A stretch of DNA of 64,000 nucleotides from Candidatus Poribacteria bacterium. GTDB taxonomy: Bacteria > Poribacteria > WGA-4E > WGA-3G. The translations under genes and the position numbers were made by a program. The notes below the pieces were generated by a model. The model saw only the letters and a list, made by a program, of their open reading frames with translations. It made no database searches and was not told the origin of the DNA. The stretch is taken from NCBI GenBank assembly GCA_965214095.1, contig OZ243938.1:896001-960000 (forward strand), given 5' to 3'. Shown here in pieces: positions 19,853 to 29,003 of the stretch (position 1 is its first letter; each line of letters opens with the position of its first letter).

Positions 19853-20020
19853 GTGAGTGTGCGGGTCGTCCCGAGGATGGTAGTGGTTTTGTACCTTGTG
19901 GAGCCTGTCAATATGAACAAGTATGTCCAGCAGAACATAATGACAGATGTGGAGGCCAACAGGCAACTTGTGTCAGACGTCCTCCTAACAACTACACTGA
20001 TTAGGGTTATCATAAGTTAA

Positions 20021-20157
20021 CCTTATGAGTTTTAACGTCCAAATTGGGTATTTGTAGGAGCGAGGTCTTCTTGTCCAGTGGACAAATGAAAAAGGCTCAT
20101 TAGGGTTGGGAGACCCAACCCCTACGTTACTGAATTTGAATGTCAAAGTTCATAAGG
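20021..20157. repeat. Small MITE/REP element
   Basis: CCTTATGA...TCATAAGG terminal inverted repeat with internal GTAGG.../...CCTAC palindromes. Confidence 0.55.
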
Positions 20158-20270
20158 TATTGTAACATCATCATGGAGAAAAATAGGTATTTCAGGTAGA
20201 AATGGGTGTTCACCTCTGCTATTTCTATTTATCGGAGGTGCACACTCCGTTTTATAAAAGAGGCATTGGA

Positions 20271-22292
20271 ATGGAAAATCAAAATATTTCAACACAAGGC
20301 ATAGACATAAACACTAACGTTACCACGTGGGCACTTCCAGAGGGCGCAATAACCCGATTCGGCAAAGGCATCGTGAATGATGCTTTAGCATTTTCCCCTG
20401 ATGGAAAGTATCTCGTTGTCGGAACATGGATTGGTGTTTGGTGGTATGATGTGGACACCTTGTCTCCTATCGCATTGTGGGAAACCGAACGAGGCGTGAC
20501 TTCTGCCCTTGCCATATCTCCTAACGGTAAACAACTTTCCACTGGTAACTTGGATGGGACCGTCAAGGTATGGAACGTTCAGCGAGGTACATTGGATACT
20601 AGAATTGAACGGCCAAGTCAACGAGTTAGTTCCGGTAGTTTTGAAATCGGAATTACCCAGATGATATTTTCGAATAATAATCAATGCATTGCCGCATCTT
20701 GTATGCGTAACAGTGTTGTTTATCTCTGGCATGCTGATACCGGTGAACAGATTGCCCGACTTTCCACCGAACCGGAAATAACATTAATAAAGCGTAGAAG
20801 TGTTCGTCGTCCACTCTGCTTCTCTCCTGATGGACAACTCCTTGCTCATGCCAGTCCAGTAGATGCAGATGGCACTGCTGATTTCATTTCGGTGTGGGAT
20901 ATGAAAACGTTTGAACCGATTGCTTCTATTAGAGATTATACCACACGGATAGATACGCTTGCTTTTTCCCCGTGTGGTAAATATCTTGCTATAGGAGATG
21001 CATCTGGCACCCTCAAGGAATGGGATATAGTTAGCGAAAAACCCACGGACAAGCAGATAAGTACTTCATCAGATTATCCACAATGTTATCAGGTAATTCC
21101 TTCCTATACCATCTCAGGTCAATTACGCGCAGCCTGTGGTAGTGGTTCAAAAATCGCTGTATGGAATGTGGAAGATGGTGAAAAGATAGACGAGTTTGAT
21201 TACGGCTGGTACATCTTTTCCTACCATTTTCTAAACGGAACGCATCTTGCTGTTAACAGCCCTCTGAAAGTGTGGATAGAGAATTCATCTGACAGAGGTG
21301 TTGCAATTTTAGGACACCGTCCTATCTCTAGTGCCCCAATATTTTCCCCTGATGGGAAGTCACTTGTAAGCATTGATGGTGGTGGTGCTCATTGTTGGGA
21401 TGTTTTAGAAAAACGGTGGCAACGGCGGATATATGATGAAAAAAGGTCAACAAGACAAATCTATTTTTCTCCAGACGCAAGTATGCATGCCCGTGGCACT
21501 GTGAGGAATACAAACACAGGGATCGTATGGAATATTGAAACGGATGAAATACTTTCGACTTTCACAATGCCAGATAAGCGTATAATCGCCTCCGCATCCG
21601 CCCCGGCGACAGGGGCTTGTGCGTTCGGAGATTTAGAAGGAAATTGTTATCTGTTTGATGGACAGGAACCGTTAAAAATACTATCTGGACATACGGGTGC
21701 AATTGAAACAATTGCTTTTAGTGCCAATGGTGAGCAACTTGCTTGTACTTCAAGGGAAGGGGATGCTTATGTGTGGGATATTGTATCGGGCCAACAGATT
21801 GCCTCACTTCCTACAGATCGCAAGTCAGCCGCTAAATTGTATACTGGGGATGCGGAGCAGATGCAAAGACAGCTAAAAAAGCTTAATTCTACATTTACGG
21901 CATCGCAACAGCGTAAAGTAAAAGCGATAGTTTTTTCACCTTGCGGAGATATGATCGCCGGGGGTATGTCTTGTGAAATACGTTTGTGGGATGCGACAAC
22001 TTATGAAATAAAATTGGCAATACTTCTACCCAAAGGTTGTACGCAACCCTATGCTTTGACATTCACGCCGTGTGGACGGTATCTTGCTTCCGGATCCTGG
22101 TGGGGAGGAACGGATAAAGTCTCCATTCGGTTGTGGGACGTTGCAAGTGGTGAAAATATCAAAACGCTATGGAGCCATTCGACAGATGTCGAATATCTGA
22201 CATTTTCATCGGATGGCACAATCTTGGCGAGTGGCAGCTATGATGGCACAATCTTGCTTTGGGATATGAAACCTTACTTGAAAAACACATGA
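20271..22292 (+). CDS. WD40-repeat protein, array copy 3 (no signal peptide)
   Basis: WALPEGAITRFGKG, WD repeats, ends LWDMKPYLKNT; ATG 20271 preferred over 20202. Confidence 0.92.
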   Translation: MENQNISTQGIDINTNVTTWALPEGAITRFGKGIVNDALAFSPDGKYLVVGTWIGVWWYDVDTLSPIALWETERGVTSALAISPNGKQLSTGNLDGTVKVWNVQRGTLDTRIERPSQRVSSGSFEIGITQMIFSNNNQCIAASCMRNSVVYLWHADTGEQIARLSTEPEITLIKRRSVRRPLCFSPDGQLLAHASPVDADGTADFISVWDMKTFEPIASIRDYTTRIDTLAFSPCGKYLAIGDASGTLKEWDIVSEKPTDKQISTSSDYPQCYQVIPSYTISGQLRAACGSGSKIAVWNVEDGEKIDEFDYGWYIFSYHFLNGTHLAVNSPLKVWIENSSDRGVAILGHRPISSAPIFSPDGKSLVSIDGGGAHCWDVLEKRWQRRIYDEKRSTRQIYFSPDASMHARGTVRNTNTGIVWNIETDEILSTFTMPDKRIIASASAPATGACAFGDLEGNCYLFDGQEPLKILSGHTGAIETIAFSANGEQLACTSREGDAYVWDIVSGQQIASLPTDRKSAAKLYTGDAEQMQRQLKKLNSTFTASQQRKVKAIVFSPCGDMIAGGMSCEIRLWDATTYEIKLAILLPKGCTQPYALTFTPCGRYLASGSWWGGTDKVSIRLWDVASGENIKTLWSHSTDVEYLTFSSDGTILASGSYDGTILLWDMKPYLKNT

Positions 22293-22301
22293 GGAGCACT
22301 T

Positions 22302-22445
22302 TTGAGACGTTACACGTTTTGCAGTATCATTTTTATTTTTCTGTTATCTGTTGCTTTCACAGGTCCTGTGAGGACACGTCCAGATAGCCATGCGCCGATT
22401 GGTATAATGGGTGAAGATGGGCATAAAGCAGGTGAAATGATGCGG
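22302..22445 (+). pseudogene. 5' remnant of an outer-membrane 'transporter' gene (RPDxHAPIG(V/I)MG family)
   Basis: Signal-like N-terminus then RPDSHAPIGIMGEDGHKAGEMM; GAGGAG RBS; ends abruptly. Confidence 0.55.
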
Positions 22446-22497
22446 ACGAAAGTGGGTGTGGTAGTCAATAATTTATCTCTGTCCAATCTCTATTGAG

Positions 22498-24450
22498 ATG
22501 TCCAAACGTGCTTTGAAAGAAGCACGAAATCCGAGACACTTTCATCGGTATAAAGTATTCTGGAAACATTCTAATATGCTAATTAAAGACATTGTTCAAA
22601 AGTATTCAGAAGAGAAACTTATCTCTTTACCACTTGAAGCAGTTGCACGTTTTGGCAGGGGCAGTGTATCTGCTACTGCCATCTCTCCAGATGGTAATAT
22701 TTTTGCTGTGGCATCTCGCATTGGTGTGTGGCTCTATAATGTCCACACCGATGATTTTATACGATTGATCGCTGTAGAAGGCACGGGTCTTCTCTCAGTT
22801 GTTACTTTTTCTCCTGATGGTACGCGGATTGCGACAGGGGATTGGGATGGTATTGCGACAGTGTGGGATGTTGCTAATGGAACAGAACTTGCTATTTTCA
22901 CTAAGACTGATTATATATCTTCAGTTGCTTTTTCCCCGGATGGAATGTTTTTAGGAACTGGCAGTCGGGATGGAAAAGCTGCACTGTGGGATATTGATAC
23001 TGGTGCAGCACGTTGGACTGTTTCTCACACAGATTGTGTGCCTTCAGTTACTTTTTCCCCAGACGGAAAGTTTTTGGCAACGGCAAGTTGGGATAGCACA
23101 GCCAATATCTGGAATGTTGAAACAGGTGAGAAGCGTTGGCGTTTCAGCCATCCAAAGAAGAAAGTAAATATTACATTTGAATCAGGGAATGTTGAAACTT
23201 TTGAAAATGGTGGAATTAATCGTATTGCTTTTTCACAAAATGGTCAGTTATTTGTCACAGGTGGTCGTTTTGAAGGGAGTAATGGTGGCTGTACAACACT
23301 GTGGGATGTTGAGAGTGGTGAAGCAATATGGGACTTTACCCATGAGGAATCTGTCACGTCATTTGCTTTCTCATCGGATAACAGATATATGGAAACTCGT
23401 TTTTGGAGCGGGGAAACCGATGTCCGCTGTATTGCTGATGGTACTTCAACATCATTTCACAAGGGAACATTGGCAAAAAGCACAAGGGAAGTCCCTCTAA
23501 ACCATCCACGAGACTTATACGGTTGGCTTGTTAACTTTTCACCAGATGGGAAGCACTTAGTTAGTATGGCATCAAGTTCTTCTATCAAGACATGGTCAGC
23601 TAAGTCTGGAGAAAACATCAAGACGATTGATCGAGATGTAGATGCAGGACAAGCGAAATCCCTAACGTTTACAACCGAAGGCAACTATATTGGTTTAAGC
23701 CGTTCTGGGGATACAGCTACACTATGGGTAGATGAGGAACAGATGGCAGTGTTTTCTTGCGAAGGAAATATTACAGCTGCTGCTATTTCTTTAGATAGCA
23801 CACTTGTAGCAACTGGATGCGTTGATGGGATGATTTACCTTTGGAACGTAGAGACACAAGTGCTGCTACACACATTTATTGGACATACAGGATTAATAAA
23901 TGCTCTTGCTTTCTCACCAGATAAGACCTGTTTGGTGAGTGCGGGTGGACACAAGATGGAGATCAAGGAACAAGACGGAGAAGTATATATATTTTGTGAT
24001 GGGAATAACCCTGGGGATCAAACAGCCAAAGTCTGGGATATTAGAACAGGAACTGAGATTGCCAGTCTCCAACATCCAACCGGAGTTCAGGAGGTTGTCT
24101 TCTCACCAGATGGCAAATGTCTTGCCACATCCTCTGAAATAAACGTTAATCTATGGGATATAAAGACGTGGAAAAAAAATGTAACACTTGAAGACGTAAG
24201 GGCTGAGTCGTTTGTATTTTCACCAAACAACTCACTTCTTGCTGTTGGCGGTAGAGGAAGAAATGCGAAGATTGAAATCTGGGATGTGGAAACAACAAAA
24301 CTGATTGTCGAATTTTCTGGTCACAAGAGTGCTGTAGAATCTGTTGCATTTTCTCCTGATGGGACACTATTAGCAAGTGGTGGTTTTGACGGTGTTATCT
24401 ATTTGTGGGATTTGAAACCTTACTTGAAAAACACATATTGCTTTTTCTGA
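22498..24450 (+). CDS. WD40-repeat protein, array copy 4 (true start may be ATG 22576)
   Basis: LPLEAVARFGRG, canonical WD repeats, ends LWDLKPYLKNT+YCFF (original stop lost). Confidence 0.9.
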   Translation: MSKRALKEARNPRHFHRYKVFWKHSNMLIKDIVQKYSEEKLISLPLEAVARFGRGSVSATAISPDGNIFAVASRIGVWLYNVHTDDFIRLIAVEGTGLLSVVTFSPDGTRIATGDWDGIATVWDVANGTELAIFTKTDYISSVAFSPDGMFLGTGSRDGKAALWDIDTGAARWTVSHTDCVPSVTFSPDGKFLATASWDSTANIWNVETGEKRWRFSHPKKKVNITFESGNVETFENGGINRIAFSQNGQLFVTGGRFEGSNGGCTTLWDVESGEAIWDFTHEESVTSFAFSSDNRYMETRFWSGETDVRCIADGTSTSFHKGTLAKSTREVPLNHPRDLYGWLVNFSPDGKHLVSMASSSSIKTWSAKSGENIKTIDRDVDAGQAKSLTFTTEGNYIGLSRSGDTATLWVDEEQMAVFSCEGNITAAAISLDSTLVATGCVDGMIYLWNVETQVLLHTFIGHTGLINALAFSPDKTCLVSAGGHKMEIKEQDGEVYIFCDGNNPGDQTAKVWDIRTGTEIASLQHPTGVQEVVFSPDGKCLATSSEINVNLWDIKTWKKNVTLEDVRAESFVFSPNNSLLAVGGRGRNAKIEIWDVETTKLIVEFSGHKSAVESVAFSPDGTLLASGGFDGVIYLWDLKPYLKNTYCFF

Positions 24451-24523
24451 GGTCTACTTATTTGAGTATTGTATCAGAAACCATCAGAAAAATGCAACTC
24501 GTAATTATTGAAGGAGTATTCTG

Positions 24524-24778
24524 ATAGATTTAGTATCCGTAATGGAGAGATGCCCCAATCAAGAGTCTTGTATTGAACACTTTGAAGGGATACGTTGGAG
24601 AGATAAACCCCGTTGTCCGAAGTGTGAAGGGCCAATGTTCGCAAAAATGAGAGTGGTTTAGGGCGTATTGGACGCTGGCATTGTTCTGATTGTGGTGCGT
24701 CATATAAGGTTACCAGTGGCACAATCTTTCAAGGCACGAAAATACCACTACAGAAGTGGTTTTGGGCGATCTCACTGC
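24524..24778 (+). mobile_element. IS1595-family transposase remnant (N-terminal Zn ribbon, frameshifted)
   Basis: CIEHFEGIRWRDKPRCPKC...RWHCSDCGASYKVTSGTIFQGTKIPLQKWFWAI across a frameshift; RBS AAGGAG with ATA in place of ATG. Confidence 0.8.
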
Positions 24779-25079
24779 AAAAACCTGAACCTATTGTTAT
24801 TCAGCAGATTACTGAACGCCTGAGTTCAATAGGTGCTATTCACAACACACAAGCCAATCTTAATCCTGGATAATTGGCGAAGGTATTGCGTACAAATAAC
24901 AGTAGACGGAGAAGTCTGACATACCAATTCAAGCATATCCTACTGTGTGGGAATGTAGATAAACTCACACACATTAACGGACGCATAAATCAATGGAGAC
25001 AGAAACTTCCCAACTTGATCCAAAACTCAAAACAGCTATTGATGTTTTACGAAAACACACGGAACACAAAGGAAACTTT

Positions 25080-26012
25080 ATGAAATACTTTCTAAAATAC
25101 ATCTGTTTATATTTGATCTGTCTATTGCCACTCAAAATACTGGCAAAACCAACTGATCAAATCATTTTCGTGCATCCAGAGGACAAAAACGAACTATGGA
25201 TGACAGATATACGGGACACACTCAAATCCAACAGGATTTATAAACACAATGAAACAATTTGGGACTTCGCTGTGCAAAAAGATGGACCTTATGTCGTTTT
25301 TATTGCCGGACACGCTGGAGAGATTTTTGAATATGATGTTTACCTTATTGATAGGAATCAATCTGACGAAAAAGCGCGTAACTTAACACAGAAACAATTT
25401 GAGGAGGTGTGGGACCTTGACATCTCAATAAACGGCGATATTGTCTTTACAAACGTCCCAACTGGCGTAAATCCAAATCCGAAGACAGGAATCTTTCTTA
25501 TTCCAAATAGTGAAATAAAGAAAGAAACCCCGAGTATTAGACGAATAACAGCAATTGAAGCACATGACATTGTTTGGTCTCCTGCTGGAGATCAGTTCGC
25601 CTTCAGCACACTTGAAGGTATTTTTATTCGTGATATTAATACGCCACGAGTAACACATGTCAGTAATGTCGGATTCTACCCAACTTTTTCACCAGATGGT
25701 AAGAAAATCGCATTTCTATCAAAAGGAATTCATATCAGATCATTGAGTAAGCAACCTAATCAGAACTTCATTAAACTTGAACACAAGAGAGGCGCACATT
25801 TAAAATGGTCAACGGATGGAGAGTACTTCGTTTACCAAACATTTCTAAACACTTGTGCAATATCCATTAAAGGTGGTCCCACTACAAAACTTTTTGAACA
25901 TTTTCCTTATGGGGCAAAGTTGGATTGGGTTCACAGCAAGGGATACTCCGTAAACCCCACAGAACGTTTGATTATCGCATGGGGAAAACTTAAACAATAT
26001 AGTAGATTTTGA
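25080..26012 (+). CDS. Secreted TolB/PD40-like beta-propeller protein
   Basis: Signal peptide from ATG 25080; WSPAG, FSPDGKKIAF and WSTDG repeats; C-terminal SVNPTERLIIAWGKLK motif. Confidence 0.8.
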   Translation: MKYFLKYICLYLICLLPLKILAKPTDQIIFVHPEDKNELWMTDIRDTLKSNRIYKHNETIWDFAVQKDGPYVVFIAGHAGEIFEYDVYLIDRNQSDEKARNLTQKQFEEVWDLDISINGDIVFTNVPTGVNPNPKTGIFLIPNSEIKKETPSIRRITAIEAHDIVWSPAGDQFAFSTLEGIFIRDINTPRVTHVSNVGFYPTFSPDGKKIAFLSKGIHIRSLSKQPNQNFIKLEHKRGAHLKWSTDGEYFVYQTFLNTCAISIKGGPTTKLFEHFPYGAKLDWVHSKGYSVNPTERLIIAWGKLKQYSRF

Positions 26013-26100
26013 AATTACTTGAACACTCTGCATCGGCGAGGTTAGGAAACCTCGCCTACCGTGGGACGAAAGTGTCAACTTATATTTATAATTCACTATA
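25998..26100. repeat. MITE with REP palindrome (supplies the stop codon of the upstream gene)
   Basis: Matches 9329-9471 and 44193-44295. Confidence 0.8.
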
Positions 26101-26326
26101 TTGAACAAGTCCATAGCCAGAAACGACTTCATTCGGTTTTAAGTTATTTGACACCTATAGAATTTGAGAGTGAATACTTGTCTTAACCTTACAAAATTAT
26201 CGCCTAAAAAATCGATGGCACTTCAAATCCTTTTTAGTTGTCTTTCAGACTTCGTTACTGTATTATATGATATGCAATCATTCATACCAAACATTAAACG
26301 AAATATAATGCATAAAGGAGAAATGG

Positions 26327-27313
26327 ATGCTCAGAAATTTGTTTAAAGGTGGTGATAAAAACCGGGTTGAACCAGAAACCGAAAAAAACGAAGAAAGTTG
26401 GTTCAATCGTCTAAAGTCCGGTTTAGCGAAAACACGCAACAGTTTTATTTCTCAATTGTCAGGTCTACTTCGTGTAGGTAGGAAAATAGACGAAGAATTA
26501 ATGGAGGAAATCGAAGAGATCTTGATTCAGGCTGATGTCGGGGTTGATACCACTCTGACCTTGATGGATAACGTCCGAGAGACCGTAAAAGAAAAAGGAT
26601 TGGGAGATTCATCTGAATTGGGAGCGGTCATAAGAGATGAAGTTATGAAACTGCTTGGTGAAGATATACCATTAAATCTTGAAGGTGAACCACCCTATAC
26701 GATCTTAGTTCTTGGAGTTAACGGTGCTGGGAAAACAACAACGATAGGTAAACTTGCCAGTCGTTTCAATGCAGACAACAAACGGGTGCTCGTTGCCGCA
26801 GGAGATACGTTCCGTGCTGCTGCAGAGGATCAATTGGCAATTTGGTGTGAACGTGCTGGTGCTGAACTGGTTCGCGGTGGCGAAAAGGCAGATCCCGCAT
26901 CAGTCGTTTATGATGCAGTTCAGGCTGCAAAAACCAGAAATGTAGACGTATTGATTGTAGATACAGCTGGAAGACTCCATACGAAAAAACCGTTGATGGA
27001 TGAGTTATCAAAAATTGGACGGGTAATGGGGCAAGCTCATACAGGAGCACCGCATGAAGTATTACTTGTGATTGATGGAACAGTTGGACAAAACGCACTG
27101 ATGCAGGCGAAAATATTTAATGAAGCTGTTCCAATTACAGGTGTAGTTGTAACAAAATTAGATGGAACAGCAAAAGGCGGGATCGTGATAGCCGTAAAAT
27201 CTGAACTCGGTGCTCCAGTCAAACTTATCGGTATCGGTGAGAAACTTGATGATTTACGTGATTTTGCAGGTGAAGATTTTGTAGAGGCATTATTCACCAC
27301 TGAGGTTGAGTAA
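26327..27313 (+). CDS. ftsY: Signal recognition particle receptor FtsY
   Basis: GVNGAGKTTT, DTFRAAA, DTAGR, TKLDGTAKGG. Confidence 0.98.
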   Translation: MLRNLFKGGDKNRVEPETEKNEESWFNRLKSGLAKTRNSFISQLSGLLRVGRKIDEELMEEIEEILIQADVGVDTTLTLMDNVRETVKEKGLGDSSELGAVIRDEVMKLLGEDIPLNLEGEPPYTILVLGVNGAGKTTTIGKLASRFNADNKRVLVAAGDTFRAAAEDQLAIWCERAGAELVRGGEKADPASVVYDAVQAAKTRNVDVLIVDTAGRLHTKKPLMDELSKIGRVMGQAHTGAPHEVLLVIDGTVGQNALMQAKIFNEAVPITGVVVTKLDGTAKGGIVIAVKSELGAPVKLIGIGEKLDDLRDFAGEDFVEALFTTEVE

Positions 27314-27377
27314 CAGTATCAATGATTACCACATTGTCACACTATAATTCTGATTCAAAGTTCTTTCAACATCAGTC

Positions 27378-27414
27378 TATCCAACCTACCATGCAGAAGA
27401 TGGTAGGTTGGATA
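27378..27414. terminator. Bidirectional hairpin between convergent genes
   Basis: tatccaacctaccat-N7-atggtaggttggata, perfect 15-bp stem. Confidence 0.7.
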
Positions 27415-27443
27415 ATCAAAATTATGTGTCATAACAAAGATTG

Positions 27444-28082
27444 TTAGATATCAGATTCCTTTAAGTAAGGACTTAGATGTTTACGCAAGTTGCGATGGGC
27501 ATGGAACAGGTGTGCTTTGACTGTCCCATCTGACCTACCGACCTTAACAGCAATATCCTTTAACGACAGTCCATCCCAGTGGCGTAGGATAAAGATTTGC
27601 CGTTGTTTTGGTGGTAGTTGACGAATCGCCTTTCGAATTTGGATTCTAAGTTCCTTATTTTCAGCAGCTTTGGCGGGTGAATCTGACCGAAGGTCGGGGA
27701 AATTTGCCATAGGCAATTCCTCTGATTCATCAGATTCGTATACCATCACTTCCGAACGCGCCTTTTTCCGTAAGAAATCTATACATAGGTTGAAAGTAAT
27801 TCTGTATAGCCAGCTATAAAACTGGCATTGACCTTTGAAATCAGACAATCCTTGATAAGCGCGTATAAACGCATCTTGTGTAATATCAAGTGCATCTTCA
27901 TGGTTTGGGACAAAACGTTGAACTAACCGATACGTGCGTTTTTGATACCGAGTAAATAGCGTATCAAACACTGCCGTGTCGCCTTTCTGAAACTGTTCAA
28001 TCAGATAGGCATCATCATCATCAGTACAGGCAGCAGGAATACTTTCTTGGCTGTGGGACTGCATGTTCTCCTCTTTTTTCAT
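27444..28082 (-). CDS. ECF RNA polymerase sigma factor (RpoE/SigW-like)
   Basis: DITQDAFIRAY, FYSWLYRI..NLCID, region 4 GTVKAHLFHA. Confidence 0.93.
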   Translation of the reverse strand: MKKEENMQSHSQESIPAACTDDDDAYLIEQFQKGDTAVFDTLFTRYQKRTYRLVQRFVPNHEDALDITQDAFIRAYQGLSDFKGQCQFYSWLYRITFNLCIDFLRKKARSEVMVYESDESEELPMANFPDLRSDSPAKAAENKELRIQIRKAIRQLPPKQRQIFILRHWDGLSLKDIAVKVGRSDGTVKAHLFHAHRNLRKHLSPYLKESDI

Positions 28083-28124
28083 TGACCGTCAACTGAAATC
28101 AGCGGGTCAGTGATATAATAGAAG

Positions 28125-29003
28125 TCACCGATTTTTTTGTTTATGAACTTTACTAAACCATCGTTTGTATCTATGACTATCTTGTAGCATTTGTTGGAGA
28201 AGGATTAATTCCTCATCCTCTTCATTACAAGGAGCATTTTCAGTTAATGCTAATAACTCCTCATATACTACTTTATCTTCATTTACAAGTGATGCCAGAA
28301 GATTATGGAAATCTTCGCCATGACCAAGTAATGAAAATAATTGGTTTGTATGATGAAGTTCTTCAGAAGCTGCTTGGTTAAGGTATGCGGCAAGTTCGTG
28401 CTCATTCTGTTTTTCTGCGATCTTTGCAAGGATCAATCTAATACCGACGAGTTTAAGTTTTGCTTGAGCAAGTTCATCAAGTTCAGTTTCAAATTTTTCC
28501 TGCAAATGGTCCGCATCTCGTGGATGCAGTTGTGAATAACTGGGCCACACTGGTTTTGCCATGACCTGCTTCAACTTTTTTAGACTCCCAATCAGGTTAT
28601 CTCTTTCTTCCTGCGAAAGTTGCCCAAATGTTTGTTCCCAAAATTCTACTGCATATTGGACACGTTCTTTGAAGAGTTGTTCAGATTGCGGTGTCAGTTG
28701 AATACGTGCACGTCTTCGATCTTCATCACATTTACAACGGACAACCCAACCGTGCTTCTCAAGTCTACTGACTAGACCAGATACCGTATTGTGTGCGAGA
28801 CCTAAATGCTCACCTAACTCACTGACATACATACCAGATTCACGCCCATACCAATGTAAGTGTTGTAAAGCGTTGAATTGTACGACTGTCAGTCGACTGG
28901 GTACTATATCCTGAATAAACCTGGATTTGACTGCTGCTTGCGCATGATGCATCACACGCATCACAAAATCAATTTCTCTGTTAAACTCCTGGTCTTTAGA
29001 CAT
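28125..29003 (-). CDS. MarR-family regulator fused to a C-terminal ferritin/rubrerythrin-like helical domain
   Basis: Winged HTH with LEKHGWV.R...EDRR; C-terminal helices with EELHH (ExxH). Confidence 0.75.
   Translation of the reverse strand: MSKDQEFNREIDFVMRVMHHAQAAVKSRFIQDIVPSRLTVVQFNALQHLHWYGRESGMYVSELGEHLGLAHNTVSGLVSRLEKHGWVVRCKCDEDRRRARIQLTPQSEQLFKERVQYAVEFWEQTFGQLSQEERDNLIGSLKKLKQVMAKPVWPSYSQLHPRDADHLQEKFETELDELAQAKLKLVGIRLILAKIAEKQNEHELAAYLNQAASEELHHTNQLFSLLGHGEDFHNLLASLVNEDKVVYEELLALTENAPCNEEDEELILLQQMLQDSHRYKRWFSKVHKQKNR

Larger units (their letters stand above)
19279..20004 (+). pseudogene. Cys-rich peptide precursor D (1-bp insertion plus IS605-type insertion)
   Basis: Full leader at 19279; removing one C at ~19462-19464 and bases 19518-19852 restores a 10-Cys core ending at TAG 20004. 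Confidence 0.8.

Noticed and set aside
12594-20004. Classical RiPP cluster (ranthipeptide, lanthipeptide or double-Gly bacteriocin)
   Set aside because: No modifying enzyme or peptidase-ABC exporter is in the window and the precursors have a Sec-like hydrophobic N-terminus. Trans-acting enzymes cannot be excluded.
19585-20020. Short ORFs 19585-19824, 19681-20013, 19715-19966 and 19730-20020
   Set aside because: They overlap the inserted element and the true peptide-D frame, and have no RBS or motif support.
14267-24450. Diversity-generating retroelement behind the near-identical WD40 3' ends
   Set aside because: No reverse transcriptase is present, the differences are not confined to adenines, and the shared part is the conserved region rather than the variable one.
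12936-24450. Integron cassette array with attC sites
   Set aside because: No integrase is present, I found no consistent RYYYAAC/GTTRRRY cores at the unit boundaries, and homology extends into coding sequence.
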